Positions 34,970 through 48,151 are shown, numbered from the whole stretch's first letter. The stretch: DNA of 63,036 nt, filler included, from Chrysochromulina tobinii (GCA_001275005.1; 12 parts of 12 records of this genome joined end to end with filler, not necessarily neighbours in it); one strand, 5' to 3'. The notes: a model not told the origin generated them from the sequence alone. A program made the numbers and translations.

Positions 34970-37260
34970 ATGCGGGCTTTGGTGCGTCGACCCCTCGCGG
35001 AAGTGGTGCGCCGCGAGATCCGTAACCACAGATGCTTCTCGACGCAGCCGGCCTTCAAGCACGAGCCGCTGTTTCAGAGCCACCCGCACCAGCCGATGCG
35101 CCTTCTCACCTCGGACTACGTTAGCGAGATCGAGGTAGCTGGCAAGAAGGTGCTGAAGGTAGAGCCCGAGGCGCTGCGGCTGCTCGCGTCGACGGCGATG
35201 GTCGACATCGCGCACCTACTGCGCCCGGGCCACCTGCAGCAGCTGGCCAACATCCTTTCCGATCCGGAGGCGACGTCCAACGATCGCTTCGTTGCGCTGC
35301 AGCTCCTGAAGAATGCCAATGTTGCCGCGGGCAAGGTGCTGCCAGGCTGCCAGGACACGGGCACGGCGATCGTCAAGGGCGAGCGCGGCCAGTACGTGTG
35401 GACGGATGGGAACGACGAGGCCTCGCTCTCGCAGGGCGTCTACGACACGTACACGGGCACCAACCTGCGCTACTCGCAGGTAGCACCACTCGACATGTTC
35501 ACCGAGGTGAACACCAAGTGCAACCTGCCAGCGCAGGTGGAGCTGTACGCGACCCCGGGCAATGAGTATCACTTCCACTTTATGGCCAAGGGCGGCGGCT
35601 CGGCGAACAAGACGTTCCTCTTCCAGGAGACCAAGGCACTGCTCAACGAGGCCAAGCTGCTGCAGGTGGGATGGCACCCGATGGCACCCGATGGCAATCT
35701 CATGGCGCCTGATGGCACTCTGATGGCACTCTGATGGCACTCTGATTGCACTCTGATGGCACTCTGATGGCACTCTGATGGCACTCTGATGATGGCAATC
35801 TGATGGCAATCTGATGACAGCTCATGGAGGAGAAGAATCTCTGAATGCGAGGGAGTGCCTCTCATCGCCCCTGATGGCCCCTGATGGCCCCTGATTGCCT
35901 CTGAATGCGAGGGAGTGCCTCTCATCGCCCCCGAGTGCCACCGTCGACAGTTCATGGAGGAGAAGATCGCCAAGCTCGGCACGTCCGCCTGCCCGCCGTA
36001 CCACCTGGCGATCGTCATCGGCGGTCTCTCGGCGGAGATGACGCTCAAGACGGTCAAATACGCGAGCGCGCGCTACTATGACGAGCTGCCCACGAGCGGC
36101 TCCAACGGCGGGTGCGTGCCAGCTGATGGCCTCCTGTGATTGCCACGCCTGATGATGATCGCCGTCGGAAGACCTAGGAGTGACCACGCTGATGAGCTTG
36201 CTCATCAGGCGCGCCTTCCGCGATCTCGAGATGGAGAAGCGCATCCATAAGCTCACTCAGACGATGGGCATCGGCGCTCAATTCGGCGGCAAGTACTTTT
36301 GCCACGACGTGCGGGTGGTGCGGTTGCCACGCCACGGCGCCTCATGCCCTGTGGGGATTGGTGTCTCGTGCTCGGCTGACCGGCAGGCCCTCGGGCGCAT
36401 CGACTCGAAGGGCGTGTGGCTCGAGGAGCTCGAGGCAGATCCTGCGAGATTCCTGCCGCAGGTGCGAGGCACGGATACGCCACGGATACGCCACTGATGT
36501 GCCTCTGATGCATCTCTGATGGCTCCTCCGATGGCTCCTCTGATGATCCTCTGATGGTCCTATATTATTCCTCTAATGATCCTCTAATGATCCTCCGATG
36601 GCTCTACTGATGGCTCCTCCGATGGCTCCTCTGATGGCTCCTCGGATGATCCTCTAATGATGCTCGGATCTCGTGCGCCAGATTGACGAGTCGACCCTCG
36701 GCGGCGCCGTGGTCAAGGTCGACCTGAACAAACCGATGGCGGAGGTTCGTCAATTGCTCTCCTCGATGCCCATCAAGACGCGCCTCTCCCTCACGGGCAC
36801 CATCGTTGTCGCGCGCGACATCGCGCATGCGAAGCTGCAAGAGCGCCTCGACCGCGGCGAGGGGCTGCCGCAGTACATGAAGGACTACGCAGTGTACTAT
36901 GCGGGGCCGGCCAAGACGCCGGCGGGCATGGCCTCGGGCTCATTTGGCCCCACCACGGCCGGTCGGATGGACGGGTATGTAGATGCCTTCCAGGCGGCCG
37001 GCGGCTCGATGGTCATGCTCGCCAAGGGCAACCGCTCGAAGGTCGTGACCAAGGCGTGCCAAAAGCACGGCGGCTTCTATTTGGGTTCGATTGGAGGTCC
37101 CGCCGCGATCCTCGCCCAGGACTCGATCAAGAAGCAAGAGGTGCTCGAGTATCCCGAGCTGGGGATGGAGGCCGTGTGGAAGATCGACGTGGTCGACTTT
37201 CCCGCCTTCATCGTCGTCGACGACAAGGGGAACGACTTCTTCGCCAAGTGGAGCTCGTAA
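34970..37260 (+). CDS. fumA: Class I (Fe-S) fumarate hydratase, probably mitochondrial; introns 35666-35950, 36112-36208, 36462-36681
   Basis: [55 protein letters not shown] and VDDKGNDFF motifs; Arg-rich N-terminal presequence; all three introns restore the frame. Confidence 0.96.
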
Positions 37261-37919
37261 GCGACCTCGGACGACCTCGGACGACCTCGGACGATCTCGG
37301 AAAAACTCGGGCGCGCGGCGAGGAAGTGAACGCAAACGGCGCTCTGACGGTCCCTCGCTGACGGTCCCTGGCGGCCCAAACGGAACCACTTTGGACGTTC
37401 CGATGAACTTTCGGATCTCGTCAGTGAATCGTCCCGGTCACCCGACTGGCGCCACGCTCAAGATTTGTGCCGTTCAGGTCTTCAAAATGTCGCAGACGCC
37501 GTGTCGTGTGTGTGGAAGGTGCCAGAAAGTCGCGCGGCGCGCGCCCGGTCCCCCGTACGGCTCAGGCGAGCTCGCGTTTGTGTCCCGGTTCCGGTGCGCG
37601 GCTCTCGCGCGTGTGCGTCCCGGCTCCCGCCTACGACCCCAAACGCCGCCGGCGGCGGGGCCCGCGCGCCCCGGGTCGCGCGGCGCGGCCGCCGCGTGGT
37701 CGCTCGCGTGCCGCGTGCGGTTTGACCGGTATCATGGTCACCCGCAATTCCTGAGTTGATTAGACAGGAACTTGTCAACAGTTCACCACCTGTCGCTCCT
37801 CCTCACTCCGCGTCCCACTGGGACAGCGGGATCTTATACGTCGATAATGATCGCTCTCCACACGCGCGGTGCTTCTGAATGATTATAGCTTCTCTACACA
37901 CGATCCCACAGCCTGCGCG

Positions 37920-38567
37920 TCAGTACACCGGCCGCATGTGCAGAAGCATGCCCCCCCACTGGGGCGGGGGCGCACGAGGCGTAAGTGGCACCAGCTGCTG
38001 CCTCAAGCCGAGCGTGTCGGTGGGTGCGTACTTGAGCTCCGCATGGCGACGATGGCGCTCGTTGGTGAGTATTAGCATGCGCTTCTGCTCTTCGGTGACG
38101 CCTGTGCTTAGTCTGGCAAAGTGCGGCGAACCTCGTGGCTCGGGCCCCAGTATTCCGCAGTTTGGGTGAGCGGCTCCAGCCGCGCCGCTGCTGAACACAT
38201 CCCTCGCACCTCTCGAGGGCTGCACGCCCCTCCGCTGCGTATGCATCTCGAGATCGGTCTCCCAGCTGTACGGCCATTGCGGCGGGACCGTGATCCCGGA
38301 TCCAAAGGTGTTGGGAAGCCAGGCAGGCCCGCGCTTCAGTCCGCCACGGCCCGCCTCGGCGATGGACTGGATGTGAATCTGCCGCGATAACGGATCGCGT
38401 CGCGGGCCGGCGCTGAAAGCGCTCAGCTTAGAGAATGTGCTGAGGTCAAAGGCGGATCCGCGCGCGTACGTGTAGTACGAGGGCGTAAGCTGCTGCGGCA
38501 CGGGCGTAAGCTGCTGCGACACGGGCGTAAGCTGCTGCGACACGGGCGGCAGCACCTCGACGACCAT
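37920..38567 (-). CDS. Hypothetical protein (215 aa) with three 7-aa repeats (PVSQQLT-like)
   Basis: ATG-to-stop ORF between two genes; no recognised domain. Confidence 0.5.
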   Translation of the reverse strand: MVVEVLPPVSQQLTPVSQQLTPVPQQLTPSYYTYARGSAFDLSTFSKLSAFSAGPRRDPLSRQIHIQSIAEAGRGGLKRGPAWLPNTFGSGITVPPQWPYSWETDLEMHTQRRGVQPSRGARDVFSSGAAGAAHPNCGILGPEPRGSPHFARLSTGVTEEQKRMLILTNERHRRHAELKYAPTDTLGLRQQLVPLTPRAPPPQWGGMLLHMRPVY

Positions 38568-38742
38568 CTAAGTCGTCCTGAGTTCGTCCTTGAGGACGCA
38601 AAACTCTTCACGTAGCGGCGAAAGACGACCGGGCCAATTTGTTCGAGCACTGCGACCGGAGTGTCTATGTATGCTGATCAGCATTAGCCAAAATTGGCAG
38701 AATGACAGGCGACAGAGGGATCCATGAGAGACACGACACCCG

Positions 38743-40535
38743 ATGAAACGCAGAGCGTCGTCCTCTGAGAAGGAAGAGGAGGATATTGTGAAGAAGGAGG
38801 AGGAGCAGCGCGCCAAGCGTGCGACAACGGTTGCTTCGACCAAGGCCTCCTCATCGACGCCATTCATCCGGCCGAGTCTCAAGTGCGTTGAACGCTTGCT
38901 CATCCTCCTTGCTCCGCTGCGCGAAACTCTCTGTGGCACTCGTGAGCCCATCCACTCACCTGCACGTTCGCCACGATCGCAGGTCGACCGTTGCACCAAG
39001 CGGCAGCATTTCGGCCGCCAGCCGATCGAAGGCGGCCGACAAGCCGAAGGCGTCTTCGCCGCCCGCGGAGAAGCCGAAGGCGTCTCCTCCGTCACTTGAA
39101 GACGGATCCGTCGACCAGTGCGATCGCAACCCGCTCTGCGTGCGCGGCTTTCGGCACCGGGGTCGCGGTGGCCATTGCAGTTTGCGCGGCGACTTCGCGT
39201 CTGCGGCGGAAACTGCCACGAGCGCGGTCTCGCCACCGCTGCCCGAGCCGCACCGTGGCACACCGTCGGCCAAGAAGGCAGCATCGTCCGCCGCGGCCGC
39301 CCCGCCGGGGTCGTCAGCGCCTCGGCGAGGGGCTCTGGTACCTCAACCGCGCACAGCGCCTCGGATAGATTGGGACGCTGTCGACATCAAGCCCGGCGAG
39401 AACGGCTTCGTATGGACAGGCCATGTGAGTGCCGCTGTGCCACTGAGTGCCGCTGAGTGCCGCTGAGTGCCATTGAGTGCCACTGAGTGCCGCTGAGTGC
39501 CGCCCATCGTCCCTCCAGGTCATCGACGTGCCAGACTCCGAGTTTGGCGAGGACGGCGGCTCCTTTTACACGGGCACGATCAACAACACCTCGGGGCAGC
39601 ATGTGCAGATCTACTTCGAAGAGGATGACGTGGCCTACTGGTTCACGAAGCGGACGGTCGCCAGCTGGATGAGGTACGAGGCGTACGGGCAGATCGGTAA
39701 GAAGGCCGACTCGAAGGCGAGTGGCGCAGCCAGTGGAGCGGACGGTGGAGCGAAGGCGGCCACGGCGAGCAGCAGCGGCGGTGCAGCGCTCGACATGGAT
39801 CTCGACGACTTCGAGATTGCGGAATTCGAGACCGCCGACCAGCTTCACTCTGCCAGTTCGCCTCTGGTCGGTGCCAAGGCGATGGCCGCCGCTACCACCA
39901 CCAAAGCCGCCGCCGCCAGCCCCGAGGCGAAGGGCGACGCTCACGACGACGCTGTCGAGGAGCAGGGGGCGCCTGCGCCGGCCGCCGAGGCCCTTGATGG
40001 CGGTAATGGCGGTAATGGCGGTAATGGCGGTGATGACGGCAATGACGTCGTCGCCGAGGCCGCGCCGGGCGGTGGTAAGGGTGGCAATGGCTGTCATGAT
40101 GGCGGCAAACCGGGCGGCGCCGCGCCGTCGCGGGCGCTATCAGAGGCCCGCAGAATACCAGCACCCACGACGGCGCTGGGCGCCGAGGCAGGTGATGAGA
40201 CGAGGGCGACGGCGGAGGGCGAGGCGGCGGCGACGAGGCCCACGACGGCGCCAATCGGATCGGAGCCGAGGGCAGGATGGGCCTCGAATTTGGCCTCGAA
40301 TTTGGACGAGGCATGCCAAGTATGCGGCGGCTCTCACGATGAGCACCTGATGCTCCTCTGCGACGACTGTGATAAGGGCTACCACACGAGCTGCCTGACG
40401 CCGCCGCTGCTCGCGGTCCCGGAGGGTGAATGGCTCTGCCCGCAGTGCCTCGAGAGACGCGACCGGTTGGCGGAGCTTGACGCGATTCGGCGCGAGCGCG
40501 ATGCGGTGCGCAAGGTGGCGGCGTCGTGGACCTGA
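38743..40535 (+). CDS. PHD-finger protein with a possible Tudor-like domain; introns 38883-38982 and 39425-39518
   Basis: CQVCGG...LLCDDCDKGYHTSCLTPPLLAVPEGEWLCPQC PHD; FYTGTI...VQIYFEEDD Tudor-like segment; GT-AG introns join three ORFs in frame. Confidence 0.88.
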
Positions 40536-40784
40536 CACGAGCCGACAGGGCCGCCTTGACACTGTGGCAGCGCCGCTGGGCAGGCGCGCCTGAGCCTCTG
40601 GCGTACAAGGTCACCTAATAAGGCACAGGCGCGCCTGGCACAAAATTCCGTGGCGGCGTCGTGGACCTGACACGACCCGACAGGGCCGCCTTGACACTGT
40701 GGCAGCGCCGCTGGGCAGGCGCGCCTGAGCCTCTGGCGTACAAGGTCACCTAATAAGGCACAGGCGCGCCTGGCACAAAATTCC
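40515..40784. repeat. 135-bp near-perfect tandem duplication spanning the PHD gene stop codon
   Basis: 40515-40649 matches 40650-40784 almost exactly. Confidence 0.95.
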
Positions 40785-41220
40785 GAGCGCGGCGCCCGCC
40801 CAACGGCAAGTAGAGTCGCGAGGCAGGTGCGTATCTGGTGGTAGACTGGAGTGCGCCCGATCGATACGTGTGGGGATCTTTTGAGACACAGAGTCGATCC
40901 TGGTAGGGTGGCCAAACGCGTCGTGTTGGGCACGTTTTCACAGCTTCAGTGACTGTGAAAGCTGCGGAATTCCAGTGCCGGCATGAGTCTTGCCATTAAG
41001 AGATTTTAAGGATGTTAAGTATGCTACTGTCATCATTTTTCTCACTGATTTCGGATCTGCAATCAGCTCAACCTCAAGTTATCATGGTCATACCGTACTG
41101 TGAACATCATGTTCACACNNNNNNNNNNNNNNNNNNNNNNNNNNNNNNNNNNNNNNNNNNNNTTAATTAATTAANNNNNNNNNNNNNNNNNNNNNNNNNN
41201 NNNNNNNNNNNNNNNNNNAC

Positions 41221-43076
41221 ATGAGAGAGATGATGTGTTGCGCCGGCCCGAGTGCTCGCGCGCTAATGCTCCTCGCCCTGTCCTTCGGTGCGATCACGTC
41301 GAGTGTTGCGTTACTCCCCCCTAACGGTCAGGCCTTCGTTGCACCGCGTGCTGGTGCGGGGCTGGTGCTGGTGGGGGTGTTCGTCGACGACTATCTGTTC
41401 GCGTCTGACTCTCTCCCTGGTCTCGAAGTACCCGAAGACGGATACACCGTGACTGACATGCTCTACAACGTTAACGAGTGTGAGGTTTCATCGGATATGT
41501 GCATCACGAGTTCGTCGATTGTTTCCAATGAATGGCAACCAATTTTAGCACAAGTTGGGATGACTCTGTTGCTTCGCGCACGGTCCCCTTCGGCGGCCAT
41601 GCTGTCGCTCCTCCTCCACTCGCTGCCGGGCGTACGCGCGGTCTGCACCCTCTGCAAGGACACGATCGCGCCCGCTCACGTCGATGCGGCATGCCCGCTG
41701 GGAGTCGGCATTGCTGCCAATGCGCAACTGTTCGTCACCAAGTCGCTCAGCGGCTCGCCCACGCTCACGTACTCGCTGACGCACGAGATGGCGGCGCACT
41801 TCACGAGGCCCGTCGTCGACGCGATCATGGGCATCGCGTGCGCGCCATGCCAAGGAGCCCAAGTTGATCTCAAGTCGGCGGCGTACACGCACGCCAACGC
41901 CGTGGTCAAGGCGGCTGTCTATGGTCATGCCTCCTTTGCAGAGGCTTCTGCAGAGCTCGCTGAGCGGCTGGATGCGGCCACGACCGACCTCGAGGTCAAC
42001 AAGATCAGGGGCGCGTTGGACTCCCTCAAGCTCGGTGTTGAATCGGCCATCCATACCTCCTCGGGCGTGCTGGCGTTTTGCTGGGCGAGAATCTCGAACA
42101 TCCTGTCCAAGCGCAACGACCCTACCTTCAAGCTGGAGGTGGGCAAGGGCAAGGCGGCGAGCCACACGGCCACGCTCGTACGCCCGAAGAACGAGGCCGA
42201 GTTCTACGAGATGATCCACCTCTTCATCATGCTGACGGTGGCCCTCGGCATGGCCTCGGCGACGATCGTGTCGAAGTTCTTGGACGACGTCGTCTATAGC
42301 GCCATCCGGATGAAGGAGTCTTGGAAGGTGGCGCACGAGCTCCTGATGCTGTACTTCCGCGAGATCGACCTCGACCCGATGCGCCTGATGCACATGGGCA
42401 ACGTCTATCGTCGCTGTGGCCAAGATACTTTGCTCTCGGAAGCGCGGCGTAATGCTGCAGCCTTTTTTCGTGCTGGCGGGGGGAACCTGCAGCTCGAAGG
42501 AGCCATCGATACCATTAAGGACACCAAGACCATTAAGCCCAACGGCAACGGCGACGACAAGAGCAAGCGGCCGTGTGCCGACTTCAACGCCGGCCGGCCT
42601 TGCAAACAGCTCAAGCCCGACGGCTCCTGCGTCTTCGCGCATGCGTGCAACCAGTTTGTTTCGGACAAGGGGCCTAATGGTTATTGCTTTGGCGACCATG
42701 TGCGCCCCGATTGCAAGTATGACGACGCCAAGAAGCTCAAGGCACCTGCTAAGTGAGCACGCCGTGGCATTCGGCCCGGCTACGGTGCCGTTCTATGGGG
42801 GCGCAGGCTCTTACGTGAACGGCCTGCCGAAGGGCTGGAGTGAGTCCAACGACATCTCGGGCACGTTCGCTGAGATGTTCAAGTGGGCGCGTGTCGTGTG
42901 CGAGAGCACCGCGTGCGACCTGCCGGGTGTGACGATCAAGTACGACTCCTTCGTGTCGAACATGTGGAGGGCGGTGAGAATGGGTTTCGTGACGGCGAAG
43001 AACGCCGAGTTTGTGCACAATGGGCTGAGATGGGGGTTCGAGGTTGGACTCCATCCTGATCGGCTCCAAGGCTATC
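41221..43076 (+). mobile_element. DIRS/Ngaro-like (tyrosine-recombinase class) retrotransposon: gag-like ORF1 plus start of an overlapping ORF2
   Basis: ORF1 ends in CADFNAGRPC...CVFAHACN...CFGDH...C zinc fingers. The next frame has AEFVHNGLRWGFEVG, typical of the region just before DIRS/Ngaro RT. RT and YR lie beyond the contig end. Confidence 0.72.
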
Positions 43077-43176
43077 NNNNNNNNNNNNNNNNNNNNNNNN
43101 NNNNNNNNNNNNNNNNNNNNTTAATTAATTAANNNNNNNNNNNNNNNNNNNNNNNNNNNNNNNNNNNNNNNNNNNN

Positions 43177-44803
43177 AGCGGACGCCACCGCTGCCTCCTC
43201 CTCCTCCTCCTCCGCCGGCACCGACTGGCGCCGACTGCCGTGATGCGCCGCCGAGTGCCGCCATGGAGTGCGCTGTCCCAGGCGCTTGACGACTCAAATC
43301 CTTAGCGAGGCCCACCAACTCTTTCGCACCTGGTGCGTCGAGCTCTCGTGCATGCCGCGGCGAGGCTCCCGACCGCCGGAGCTCTTTTCGCGCCATCTCC
43401 TTGACGGCATACGCCGCCGCACGCCCCGCTGGCGACGGTCGCGCCGCGGGAGAGCGCCCGGGAGAGCGCGCCTCCCCCTTTGGACCGTTCACGACCTCCG
43501 CCATGAATGCGAGCATGCGTCGGTGGTCATCGTTCTCCTCGTCGTTCGCGTTCCCACAGTGGATGGCGACGCTCGGGCCTTCCTCGCGCTCCGGAAGATC
43601 GTCTTCGCCAGTCTCGCTGCCATACTCAGTCGATGAGAGGCTGCCATCGTCGGCCTCCACGTCAGCCACCGCTAGTGCCTGCGCCACCGCCGCCGAGGCG
43701 GCGGGCGGCCAAGACGGGAATCGTCCAGTCAGCGCGGCGTCGTCCTCGCCAAAGTCCTCATCAATGCCGCCGCACTCATCAAGCGATCGAGCTGCACTCA
43801 GCGACGTCGGTGCCGCCACAGCTGCCGAGGGCAGCGGCGGTGCGGGCGCCGGCGCCTCGGCCGCCGTCGCGACGGTGGGAGCCTGCGCTGTCGGAAGCGC
43901 GGCATGCTGCGTGGCGGGCGGCGGTGATGACTGCGCTGCGATGGGTGATGCGAGGTCGCTGAGCACAGCGGTGCGGTGCCGCTTGGCTGCGGGCAGCTCA
44001 AGGATCTGCGCGGCCGTTGGGCGGAGCGCCGGCTGCGGCTGCAGGCAGGCGTCCACCACGCCCCGTAGACCGACAGAATAACGACTCTCCGGCAGAGGTG
44101 CGTAGCCGCCGCGCAGGATGCGCAGGATGAGGGCCGCCTGGTTATTGGCGGTGAAGGGGTAGGCGAGGGCGAGGAGCTCGTAGCCGACGACGCCGAGCGC
44201 CCAGATGTCCGATTTGGCGTCGTAACGGGCGTTCTCGCACAGCTCGGGCGACAGATAGTATGGAGTGCCCACCATCGTCGTCGCCAGCTGCGTTGACGAG
44301 TCGAGGAGCTTCGAGACGCCGAGGTCGCCGATCTTGAGCACGCCGTCCTTGAGAAAGAGATTGGACGACTTGAGGTCGCGGTGAAGCACGCGGCACGCGT
44401 GCAAATACGCCACGCCCGCACTCGCCTGCAGCAGATACTGCCATGCCTCACGTTCGGGAAGGTGCACGCCGTTGCGAGCGTCGATCAGACGCTTCAAGTC
44501 GCCGCCGGCGCAGTGCTCCATGACAATGTGTAGCTTCTGCGCTTCCACAAATGAACCAAGGTAGGTCACCACGTGCGGGTGCTCGAGTGAGGCCATCAGC
44601 TTCACCTCGTTGAGTGCGTCAAATTGCTCTCGCCGTGAGCAGCCCAAAATCGGGATGCGCTTGATGACGAGATCTTTGCCGTCGCGCTTGCGCCGCGCGA
44701 CATGCACCTCGCCAAACGCACCAGCTCCAAGGCGTCGTCCCATCGCAAAGTCGGCGAGGCTCAGGTCTGGCGCAGTGGCCAGGTCTGGTGAGGACTTCAC
44801 CAT
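43177..44803 (-). CDS. NIMA-related (NEK) Ser/Thr kinase, 3' truncated
   Basis: LGAGAFG, VIKRI, NEVKLM, LHRDLKSSNLFL, KIGDLGVSK, VGTPYYLSPE, YDAKSDIWALG. Confidence 0.95.
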
Positions 44804-45592
44804 TCCCGTTGGAATCGGTGCACCACGACGCGTAATTTAATTCCCCGAAATCCATCTCCGCGACGAAGCACTTGACACCAAACTGGATGAGTGACGAAAC
44901 TCCGACGACCAACCCACACTTTCAGTTTCAGACTCCCTAGTGTGCCTCGGTGACTCTCAGTCTTCGGCTCGGTGGCGGGTTCGGGTCTCCTAGGGTCAAA
45001 TTGCCTTTGGGTGTTTATTGTTTTTCCGGTAACGATAATTGCCAACAGGTACCAACAGCAGCGTACACATGGCGAGGGCACCCAGGCATCGAAAGGAGAC
45101 ACGAGCCGCGAGCTCGCGGCAGGCGCCGGCATGCGAGGCGCCCATTGATGAATACATGTAGTCAACTAGTCATCAGTCGACTCTCGCTCGCGGCTCAGTA
45201 TCGGTAGCCGGCCCCGCGGGCTATATAATGTACCTGTTTTCGAGTCTGTTACCCCTGCTGCTGTTCAACACAACGCGCTGTTACCCTGGCTACGATATGT
45301 TACCTTCTTTACCTTCCTGTTACCCCGGTATGTCGCCCCGGTTACCGTGTGATGTTGAGTCGAGTTCATTGGAATTAAACGAAATGTAGCATATAGCGCG
45401 CGGTCACATCGTTCTTCGCTTCTTCCGTTCGGGGCGCTCTTGCGCGCGGTCTTGCCAGCGCTCGCGTTGCGTGTGTGTACATTATAGGTGAATAAAAGTT
45501 AAAACCAACGACTGACTCTCATACACATGCACCCAGGAACCTTGCACACAACGCGAGCGTGCTACCGTGCTTCGAACGTTCGGAGGGCTGCT

Positions 45593-46969
45593 TCAGCGTT
45601 TGGCATGAACTGCACGCTCCATGAACTCCCGAAGGGCGCGCTCCTGGTCTCTGATCGTCTGCTGAAGGGAGATCAATGTGGGAGAAGCTGCTGCCGGATC
45701 GGCGTGTGGACTGAATTTGAGCTTCTGCTCATAACGGGACCCCGGGGTCGGGTTTCTCATCGGACTGGAGTTGGGTGACGAGCGTTTCGGCGGCGTCGAT
45801 GTGGCGACGGCGACGGAGGGCTCAACGGCGACGGAGGGGGCGACGGCGACGGAGGGGGCGGCGGCGACGGAGGGGGCGGCGGCGACGGAGGGGGCGGCGG
45901 CGACGGAGGGGGCGACGGCAGCGGAGCGTTTCGGCGACGACTCCATCCACGTCGCCTTCGCAACTTCGCCATCCAGGGGGGAGTCAGTAGTTGGACTGGC
46001 GGGAATGGCGACGGAGGGGCTGCCGGCGATGGCCGGCGCGGCGCTGGTTTCCTTGGATGCAACAGACTTGATCGGAGATGTCTTGCTCGGAGACGCGGCG
46101 CGGATCTCGTTGGCACTTGGGAGTGCTGCCGCCAGTCGGACATCAGCGGCGGCAACAGACCTGGGCGGAGACCCATCCTTGGTGCGGCCCTTCGTCCTAT
46201 TTGCTGGGCTGGTCGCCTTCTTCACCTCCTTTTTGGCATTCTCGGGGGGCGAGTCTGACAGGGTCTGATATGATCTAGTCATACTGTCAAAGCGTTGCTC
46301 AAGTTCCTCTTTGACTGTTGGTGGAAGCTGTTGCCACGTGGCCACACAGAGCACAAGGCCAATCCAGAACACCATTCCCAGCCACAATGGCGTCCAAGGT
46401 TGATTTAATATCGCGGGCGGCGACGGCGGGGGAGGCTTTGGCGGCGGCGAGGGCAGGGGGGGCGGTGGTGAGGGCGAGGGCGGCGGCGGCGAGGGCGAGG
46501 GGGGCGGTGGCAAGGGTATGGGCGGCGGCATGAATTTTTTGCCATATGAAATGGTGGGCCGGTCGGTGAGAACCACGAAGTGTTGCAGCTCTTTCTGGAG
46601 CTCTGGCGTGAAGCAGCTCATGTCGGTGCCGACGGCGCGCAGGACGGCACGGCCTGATGTGGGCGCGCCTTCGGGCACGTTCGCGTTGACCACTATCTTG
46701 ATGCCTCGATGCTCGAGCTCGAGAATCTCATCCGCTAGGTCTCCGGCGCCGCATGCTTCCATTGCTGCCAGCAGCGCCTTGCTCGGTAGCGGACCCACAT
46801 CCAATAGCGGCGTGGCTGCTGTTGCAAGCATCCGTGCTGACGGCCCTTTTGACGGCACGTCACCGCCTATGGTAACGCTGAAGCTAACACGCTCGATGCG
46901 CGCATTCGTGGGATCGAAAGATACGAGTGGCGCGGCCAGAACTTGCAAGAGGAGCAAGTGGACGTCCAT
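45593..46969 (-). CDS. Single-pass membrane protein with a signal peptide, Pro-rich linker and APSVAA repeats
   Basis: Hydrophobic N-terminus MDVHLLLLQVLAAPLVS; PPPSPSPPP tract; LWLGMVFWIGLVLCVATW TM segment. Confidence 0.7.
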   Translation of the reverse strand: MDVHLLLLQVLAAPLVSFDPTNARIERVSFSVTIGGDVPSKGPSARMLATAATPLLDVGPLPSKALLAAMEACGAGDLADEILELEHRGIKIVVNANVPEGAPTSGRAVLRAVGTDMSCFTPELQKELQHFVVLTDRPTISYGKKFMPPPIPLPPPPSPSPPPPSPSPPPPLPSPPPKPPPPSPPAILNQPWTPLWLGMVFWIGLVLCVATWQQLPPTVKEELEQRFDSMTRSYQTLSDSPPENAKKEVKKATSPANRTKGRTKDGSPPRSVAAADVRLAAALPSANEIRAASPSKTSPIKSVASKETSAAPAIAGSPSVAIPASPTTDSPLDGEVAKATWMESSPKRSAAVAPSVAAAPSVAAAPSVAAAPSVAVAPSVAVEPSVAVATSTPPKRSSPNSSPMRNPTPGSRYEQKLKFSPHADPAAASPTLISLQQTIRDQERALREFMERAVHAKR

Positions 46970-48151
46970 GATCCGGAGGGCCACCACCCTGTGCACGAGG
47001 AGAAGGCACGAATTCCGTTCCAAAACGCAAAGTTGCCGCGAGTTCTTGCGAAACGGCGCAAAAGGTAACAAGCGAATACCCAGGGAGAACTCTTGGCGCT
47101 GCGAGCTCCGAGGTCACTCAGTCAGTCAGTCAGTTATGTCGCGGTCCCCCCGCGCTCACCACATTATCGCGTGGACGCAGGGCCAAACGCGGCGAGAAAG
47201 AGAGCAAGAGACACCATGGCTCCACTCAACAACAACCACGTACCCACTAATTNNNNNNNNNNNNNNNNNNNNNNNNNNNNNNNNNNNNNNNNNNNNTTAA
47301 TTAATTAANNNNNNNNNNNNNNNNNNNNNNNNNNNNNNNNNNNNNNNNNNNNCCCTCCTCCCCCCCCCTCCACCCCCCCTTCGCCGCGAGGACGATCACT
47401 ATACGCATGCGGAGCACCCCCGCGGGGGCGTTGATGCCTTGCAAACACCATTTTCAGGGAACTGAGCGTGCCTTTTTTTGTGGAGGCGGCGCTGCGCCCC
47501 GCCTTGCCCTGTCCACGCCCCACGCGCCCGCCGCGCTCGTCTGCTCACTGCCGGCTCGCTCGGTGCGTGCCTACACTCGGTGCTTGCCTACAGGGAATGT
47601 CGGTCACGCCCACGTCGGCCGCGGACGAAGGGCCCCTCGAGGGCCCTGTGGCCGATCACATGCGCCGGCGGCTGCACGAGAGCAAATCCGTGATCTCGAG
47701 AATGCTCGCTGGCGCGCCGCAGGTCCACCAGGCGGGCTTCTCGCCAGAGTACCAGGGAGCACGCGCGGGCCGCCCCGAGCAGATTGCGCCCCTGAGCCTG
47801 CCGGTGTGCTTGCCAAGGCCGGCGTGAGAAGTCGGCTGCTCGAGTTGGTGCCGCGCAGCACGCGTGTAGAGAGGCAGCCCATGCAAAGGTCTGGATGGTG
47901 GGCGCAGGTCCAGAGCTGAGAGCAGAACGAAGAGGCGGTACCAGAACATGTACACAGGAACGTCGAGGAACGTACACGGTGTAGGAGCGAGGAGCCGAGA
48001 GGTGACATCGTAACTGGGCGACTAACGTCTCGTCGTAAACGCTTTCGGTCGTGCGTGTGTTTTTACCTTCTTTCCAAAATCGTGTGACGTGTACCGTACC
48101 GCCACAAAACACGCTCACAGGAGGACGAGGTGGCACGGAGATCTCCATACC

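Noticed and set aside
34970..37260. Bacterial-type class I fumarase as contamination or novelty
   Set aside because: It has spliceosomal introns and a presequence, and class I fumarases are already known in various protists.
41365..41410. LVGVFVDDYLFAS resembling a Copia RT YVDD motif
   Set aside because: Isolated motif with no other RT motifs around it.
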